A stretch of 64,000 bases of DNA from an uncultured Chloroflexia bacterium (GTDB taxonomy: Bacteria > Chloroflexota > Anaerolineae > Anaerolineales > Anaerolineaceae): positions 5,126,138 to 5,190,137 of the forward strand of contig CAWAGA010000002.1 in NCBI GenBank assembly GCA_963781665.1, in the 5' to 3' direction. Each line of letters opens with the position of its first letter. Positions within the stretch are counted from its first letter, which is position 1. Of this stretch, positions 59,762 through 64,000 are shown in pieces. The notes beneath the pieces were generated by a model, which was not told where the DNA came from, searched no databases, and was given only the letters and a program-made list of their open reading frames with translations. The position numbers and the translations under genes were made by a program.

Positions 59762-61021
59762 ATGGCAAATCCTTCCGAAAAAAATAAAGGCTATAAGGCG
59801 GTATTATCCATCCCCAATTTCCGCAAGCTGTGGATCGGCCAGACGATTTCGCAAACCGGTGATGGCCTCACCAACCTGGCTCTGCTGATCGTCATCAACC
59901 AGCTCACCGGTTCGCCGGCTGCGTTGGCCACGATGATGGTCGTGATCGCGATTCCCCAGCTTGTTTTCGGCCTGTTTGCCGGCGTTTACGCAGACCGGTG
60001 GGACCGCAAGCGGATTATGATCGTCTCCGACCTGTTGCGCGGCTTGTTGGTCCTGGGATTGGTAGTGGTACGCCGGCCTGAAGACATTTGGATCTTCTAC
60101 GTGCTGGGATTTATGCAGGCAGTTGTCGGAACGTTTTTCGACCCGGCCAAGAGCGCCATGATTCCGACGATTGTGGACCATGACTCGCTCTTAGCTGCCA
60201 ATGCCCTGACCCAGACGACGCGGGTGATCACCAATGTAGTTGGATCAGCGCTTGCCGGCCTCCTGGTCGGATTGCTGGACGGAGCCTGGCCAGCTTTCAC
60301 CCTCGACTGCCTGTCGTTTCTCGTCTCGGCATTATTCATCAGCCGGATCGATGCGCCAACCCATATCGCTCAGGTTGCCGGGAATGCCCGCCAGACATTT
60401 AAGCAGTTGGTGGATGGACTGCGCTACCTGGCAGGAAATCGAATACTGGTCGGCATCATGACGACCTTTGCCGTGTCAATGCTGGGGTTGGGTGCGGTAA
60501 ACGTCCTGATCGTCCCCTTCCTGACCAACAATTTACAGGTCCCGACTGAAGCCCTGGGAGCCATCGATGCAGCCCAGGTGATCGGGATGGTCCTCGGCAG
60601 CACCCTGGTAGCAGTATTAGCCAATCGTCTAAAAACGGTGCAGATGATTGCCGGTGGGGTTGCACTCCTGGGCGTCTTCATCGCAGCCTTTGGGGCCGCA
60701 CCGATCGTCTGGGCTGCACTGGTAAGCCTGTTTTTCGTCGGCCTGGCCCTGACGCCCGTGCAAGCGGCTGCCGCAGCGCTGCTGCAAGGCACCGTTCCGG
60801 ATGAAAAACTTGGTCGTGCCAGTTCAGCCATGAATACGGTCATCGCCCTGGCTTCGGTTATCTCTATGAGCGTGGCTGGCCTCCTGGGGAACGCGCTTGG
60901 CGTTCGGCAGGTATTCTACCTTTCAGGAGCGATTACAATCCTGGCCGGGCTGCTGGCTGCCGTTTTGATGCGCTCCCCGGTTCGCCCAGCTGTATCCCCC
61001 GTGGTTTCAGCCGAAGGATAA
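59762..61021 (+). CDS. MFS transporter (DHA3/EntS-like)
   Basis: 419 aa with 12 predicted TM segments. FRKLWIGQTISQTGDGL and GVYADRWDRKRIM motifs. Confidence 0.85.
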   Translation: MANPSEKNKGYKAVLSIPNFRKLWIGQTISQTGDGLTNLALLIVINQLTGSPAALATMMVVIAIPQLVFGLFAGVYADRWDRKRIMIVSDLLRGLLVLGLVVVRRPEDIWIFYVLGFMQAVVGTFFDPAKSAMIPTIVDHDSLLAANALTQTTRVITNVVGSALAGLLVGLLDGAWPAFTLDCLSFLVSALFISRIDAPTHIAQVAGNARQTFKQLVDGLRYLAGNRILVGIMTTFAVSMLGLGAVNVLIVPFLTNNLQVPTEALGAIDAAQVIGMVLGSTLVAVLANRLKTVQMIAGGVALLGVFIAAFGAAPIVWAALVSLFFVGLALTPVQAAAAALLQGTVPDEKLGRASSAMNTVIALASVISMSVAGLLGNALGVRQVFYLSGAITILAGLLAAVLMRSPVRPAVSPVVSAEG

Positions 61022-61106
61022 GATCCATCTTTAGATTTTTATGCGCCAATTACGTGGATTTTTAACATTGATATGTTAAAATCTCTGTAGAATTTCAGGG
61101 AAAGAT

Positions 61107-61946
61107 ATGAACGAAATCAGTGATACCGATATAAAAGCGGTCCAAAAAACGGGCTGGTACCGCAGCCAGGCTTTCTGGGGGGTGCTGCTCGCCTGGGTTG
61201 CGAGCATTGCCTTAGCGCTGCAGATCCGGGCCTTATTGAATTTTCCGGCCGGTTTAGACCCCTCGTTTGATTATGCGCTGGCGTCACTCTTCTTATTAAT
61301 TTTCTTGATGGGAGCTCTCATGATCGGGCGCAGTGTGATCGAGACGGTCTTCAAACCGTTAAGACAGCGCCTGCGTTACGCTAACATGGCTATGGTAGTG
61401 GTAATCATTCTTTTAATCGTTAACATAGGGACCTGTCTCTTGCTATTTTCGGCAAATTCAGCTTTTCTTAAAGGTTACCGGACGATCGTGATCGACGAGC
61501 CTCGACCTGACAATTCTTTCCTCACCTTTCCAACCCCAGCCAATCCCGGGCCTACCCCAACCTACAATCCCGAGGCTGCATATTTGAGTGGAAATATCAT
61601 TTCGTCTTTGGACGGATTTCGCATCGGCCAAATTACCCTGAACTTTTCAAATTCCTTTTCGGTGATCAACTCGATCCAGTTATTTATCTTCAATATCCCT
61701 TGTGTTGTGCAGCAAAACGGTCAGGATTCCACCTACGCCGTCGAAGAAAGTAAGCCATTCATCCCCGGACCCTTCCAGGTACAGAACCAGGATTTCTTCA
61801 TCAATCAAGAGATTGCTGTCATCCACGGGGTGGTTGCATCGCCGCAAGACGTGCACGGGACGATTTACCTTCATTTTGTGGATCCATCGAACGGCCAAAG
61901 CTGCGATATCGGTAATGCCACCTGGCAAACATCGCCCAGCCCATAA
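61107..61946 (+). CDS. Hypothetical membrane protein (3 TM + extracytoplasmic C-terminal domain)
   Basis: 279-aa ORF with three hydrophobic segments in the first 120 aa. No recognisable family. Confidence 0.45.
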   Translation: MNEISDTDIKAVQKTGWYRSQAFWGVLLAWVASIALALQIRALLNFPAGLDPSFDYALASLFLLIFLMGALMIGRSVIETVFKPLRQRLRYANMAMVVVIILLIVNIGTCLLLFSANSAFLKGYRTIVIDEPRPDNSFLTFPTPANPGPTPTYNPEAAYLSGNIISSLDGFRIGQITLNFSNSFSVINSIQLFIFNIPCVVQQNGQDSTYAVEESKPFIPGPFQVQNQDFFINQEIAVIHGVVASPQDVHGTIYLHFVDPSNGQSCDIGNATWQTSPSP

Positions 61947-62008
61947 ACCTGCTAATAACATCAACTAAAACCTAAAAAATCCCAATATTAAAAAAGGAAA
62001 CCCAATTA

Positions 62009-63796
62009 ATGTGCGGTATTTTTGGCATCGTCACTGACAAAGATAAAAACCTTGGTCCCATTCTGATCGAAGCAGCCCGGCGGTTGACGTATCGCGGTTA
62101 CAATTCGGTCGGAGCCGCTACGTTGAGCGGTTCGACCATCGACCTGCGAAAGGATGTCGGTCGGGTAGACGAAGTTGCCGCAAAATATGGCCTGGCTGAA
62201 ATGACCGGCAGTCGCGGGATCACTCAGCTGCGCTGGGCTACTTTTGGCGAGCCGTCAATGATCAATGCCCAACCTCACCTCGATTCAGATGGCGACATGG
62301 TCGGCGCACACAATGGAAACGTCGTCAATAACGTCGAGCTGCGCCAGGAGTTTATGGCCGAAGGGATGACGGTCAGGTCGACCAACGACGGTGAATCATG
62401 CATTCACGCGGTCGAGCGCTACGTGGATCGTGGCTCTGATTTTATCGAAGCTATCCGCCGTGCCCACCAGGATTTGAAAGGCGATTATGCTTTCGTCATC
62501 GGAAGGATCGACGATGATAAATTGTATGCCATCAAGAAAGGATCGGGCCTGGTCGTTGGCATTGGAGCAGGCTTTACCTGCGTCTCGTCCGATTTACCTT
62601 CTATTCTGCCTCTCACCCGCACCATCATCCGCATCCAGGATGGGGAAATCATCACGCTCTGGGCCGACCGGGTCGAGCTGCGTTCCGTCAAAGACGGCCA
62701 GGTGATCGCCAGAGAACCTGAGGTTGTAACCGATACCATGGAAGCCGTGCAAAAAGGTGGTTACAACCATTTCATGCTCAAAGAGATCCACGAACAGCCT
62801 GAGGTCGCCCGGACGCTTTTACATGCCCTGGACGATAACCCCGACCTCGACGGCATCATCGACCGCATCCGCGCAGCACGCAACGTCTATTTCGTCGGTT
62901 GCGGGACCAGCTATCACGCCTGCCTGGCAGGTGCAATCTTTTTCTCGCGGATCGCAGGAAAACCGGTTTATCCCGTCCTGGCGCCTCAATTCATCCCCCA
63001 ATGCCTGCCGTCCATCGATGGACGCGACGTTGGCATCTTTGTCAGCCAATCTGGCGAGACAAAGGATGTATTGAATGCCCTCCAGGCAGCCCAGGAACGC
63101 CAGATGACCTGTTTTGGACTGGCTAATGTGATCGGATCGACCCTGGCCCGGACGACTGCCGGGTGGCTGCCATTATGCTGCGGTTATGAAATCTCGGTAC
63201 CGGCGACCAAGACCTTCACCAACCAGGTAATCAGCTTCCTTTACCTGGCCTATCGCCTGGCTGGTCGCGATACCCACGAACTGGCCGCTATCCCTGATTT
63301 GATGGACAAGACGCTCATTCAGACCGACCCGGTGGTGAAATCACTGGTGCCGGTGATTAACCCATGGAACGATGTTTATTCATTGGGATTTGGCGTTACC
63401 TACCCCATCGCTTTAGAAGGCGCTCTGAAGCTCAAGGAAATTACCTATGCGCATTGCGAGGGGATGCTTTCGACTGAGTTCAAACACGGCCCATTATCTG
63501 CAGTCACCCCTGGCTTCCCGGTCCTGTTTGTATCTGGGCCAGAAGACTCGCCCTTGATCGTCAGCGGCATTAACGAAGTTACCTGCCGGGGTGGCCGGGC
63601 CATTACCATCGGGCAAGCGGACCCACGCCTGAAATCCAATACCAGCGACCTTATTACGATCCCCGATGCATCCCCCGAGATATCAGCGCTCCTGGCCGTA
63701 CTGCCGCTGCAGCTGCTGTCTTATTACATGGCGGTAGCGCGCGGAAACGACCCGGATTTTCCCAGGAACCTGAGCAAAACCCTCACGGTCGATTAG
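62009..63796 (+). CDS. glmS: Glutamine--fructose-6-phosphate aminotransferase (isomerizing)
   Basis: MCGIFGIV (Ntn Cys). Two SIS domains (GCGTSYHA, SQSGETKD). C-terminal DPDFPRNLSKTLTVD. Confidence 0.95.
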   Translation: MCGIFGIVTDKDKNLGPILIEAARRLTYRGYNSVGAATLSGSTIDLRKDVGRVDEVAAKYGLAEMTGSRGITQLRWATFGEPSMINAQPHLDSDGDMVGAHNGNVVNNVELRQEFMAEGMTVRSTNDGESCIHAVERYVDRGSDFIEAIRRAHQDLKGDYAFVIGRIDDDKLYAIKKGSGLVVGIGAGFTCVSSDLPSILPLTRTIIRIQDGEIITLWADRVELRSVKDGQVIAREPEVVTDTMEAVQKGGYNHFMLKEIHEQPEVARTLLHALDDNPDLDGIIDRIRAARNVYFVGCGTSYHACLAGAIFFSRIAGKPVYPVLAPQFIPQCLPSIDGRDVGIFVSQSGETKDVLNALQAAQERQMTCFGLANVIGSTLARTTAGWLPLCCGYEISVPATKTFTNQVISFLYLAYRLAGRDTHELAAIPDLMDKTLIQTDPVVKSLVPVINPWNDVYSLGFGVTYPIALEGALKLKEITYAHCEGMLSTEFKHGPLSAVTPGFPVLFVSGPEDSPLIVSGINEVTCRGGRAITIGQADPRLKSNTSDLITIPDASPEISALLAVLPLQLLSYYMAVARGNDPDFPRNLSKTLTVD

Positions 63797-64000
63797 CCGG
63801 GCCGATAATAGCCTGCAATTTTTCAAGATAACCAGCCTGGACGACTGCCAGGAGCTCATCAGCCGGTTGGAGCTGTGTCGACGGTTGGGGCATGATGAGA
63901 TCACCCTTGCGGATAATTGCGATCAAGATGGTCTTGGCAACCGAGGTTAAATCCAGCTCCTGGACGGTTTTTCCAGCCGCTTTCGATTGGGGATGAACCT
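63783..64000 (-). CDS. Partial gene ending in a TrkA-C (RCK C-terminal) domain; 5' part outside the window
   Basis: The minus-strand frame reads VHPQSKAAGKTVQELDLTSVAKTILIAIIRKGDLIMPQPSTQLQPADELLAVVQAGYLEKLQAIIGPANRP*, a TrkA-C-like pattern. The stop at 63785-63783 overlaps the glmS 3' end by 14 nt. Confidence 0.5.
   Translation of the reverse strand, partial: VHPQSKAAGKTVQELDLTSVAKTILIAIIRKGDLIMPQPSTQLQPADELLAVVQAGYLEKLQAIIGPANRP

Noticed and set aside
61947-62008. glmS ribozyme upstream of glmS.
   Set aside because: The intergenic region is only 62 nt and AT-rich, too short for the ~170-nt glmS ribozyme core.

Overview
The window is a 64-kb chromosomal segment. Gene content, gene order and Pro/Thr-rich lipoprotein linkers suggest a Chloroflexota (Anaerolineae-like) bacterium, but this is inference only and cannot be verified here.

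Layout:
(1) 1-10.4 kb: an intact comM/yifB, followed on the same strand by two decayed copies of its own 3' part. Accessory-looking cargo lies between and after the copies: an MNT/HepT toxin-antitoxin relic, a GT2 glycosyltransferase and secreted lipoproteins.
(2) 10.8-14.8 kb: a very large PAS/GAF/HD-GYP sensor, split by one in-frame TAA.
(3) 15.5-18.4 kb: a HerA/FtsK-superfamily ATPase plus a DUF3597 protein.
(4) 18.5-25.3 kb: a decayed URO-D-family gene, a G12 tract, a flavinylation cassette (FMN-bind protein, ApbE, RnfD/NqrB-like-FNR fusion), hypotheticals and an esterase.
(5) 25.5-43.5 kb: a complete dcw cluster, mraZ-rsmH-ftsL-like-ftsI-murF-mraY-murD-ftsW-murG-cvpA-like-murC-small ORF-murB-ddl-ftsQ-ftsA-ftsZ. 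No murE is present.
(6) 43.9-47.0 kb: nrdR and a class II ribonucleotide reductase.
(7) 47.1-64 kb: housekeeping and accessory genes. These are a RibD_C reductase, DUF2277, a 4-repeat choice-of-anchor-D protein, a sharply GC-rich foreign-looking gene, a NarL-type two-component pair, a class II UvrA, a GNAT, ArsR+MFS, glmS and a partial TrkA-C gene.

I found no rRNA, tRNA, CRISPR array, transposase or integrase.

A striking global property is the number of reading-frame disruptions in otherwise clearly conserved genes: about 17 in all, and 12 frameshifts plus one in-frame stop once the clear relics are set aside. They include ftsW, ftsQ, nrdR, mraZ and rsmH (three breaks), and they are unevenly distributed along the window.

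No single obviously new system stands out. The best candidates for follow-up are the comM-fragment array (fossil integration hotspot), the ATPase/DUF3597 pair and the flavinylation cassette.
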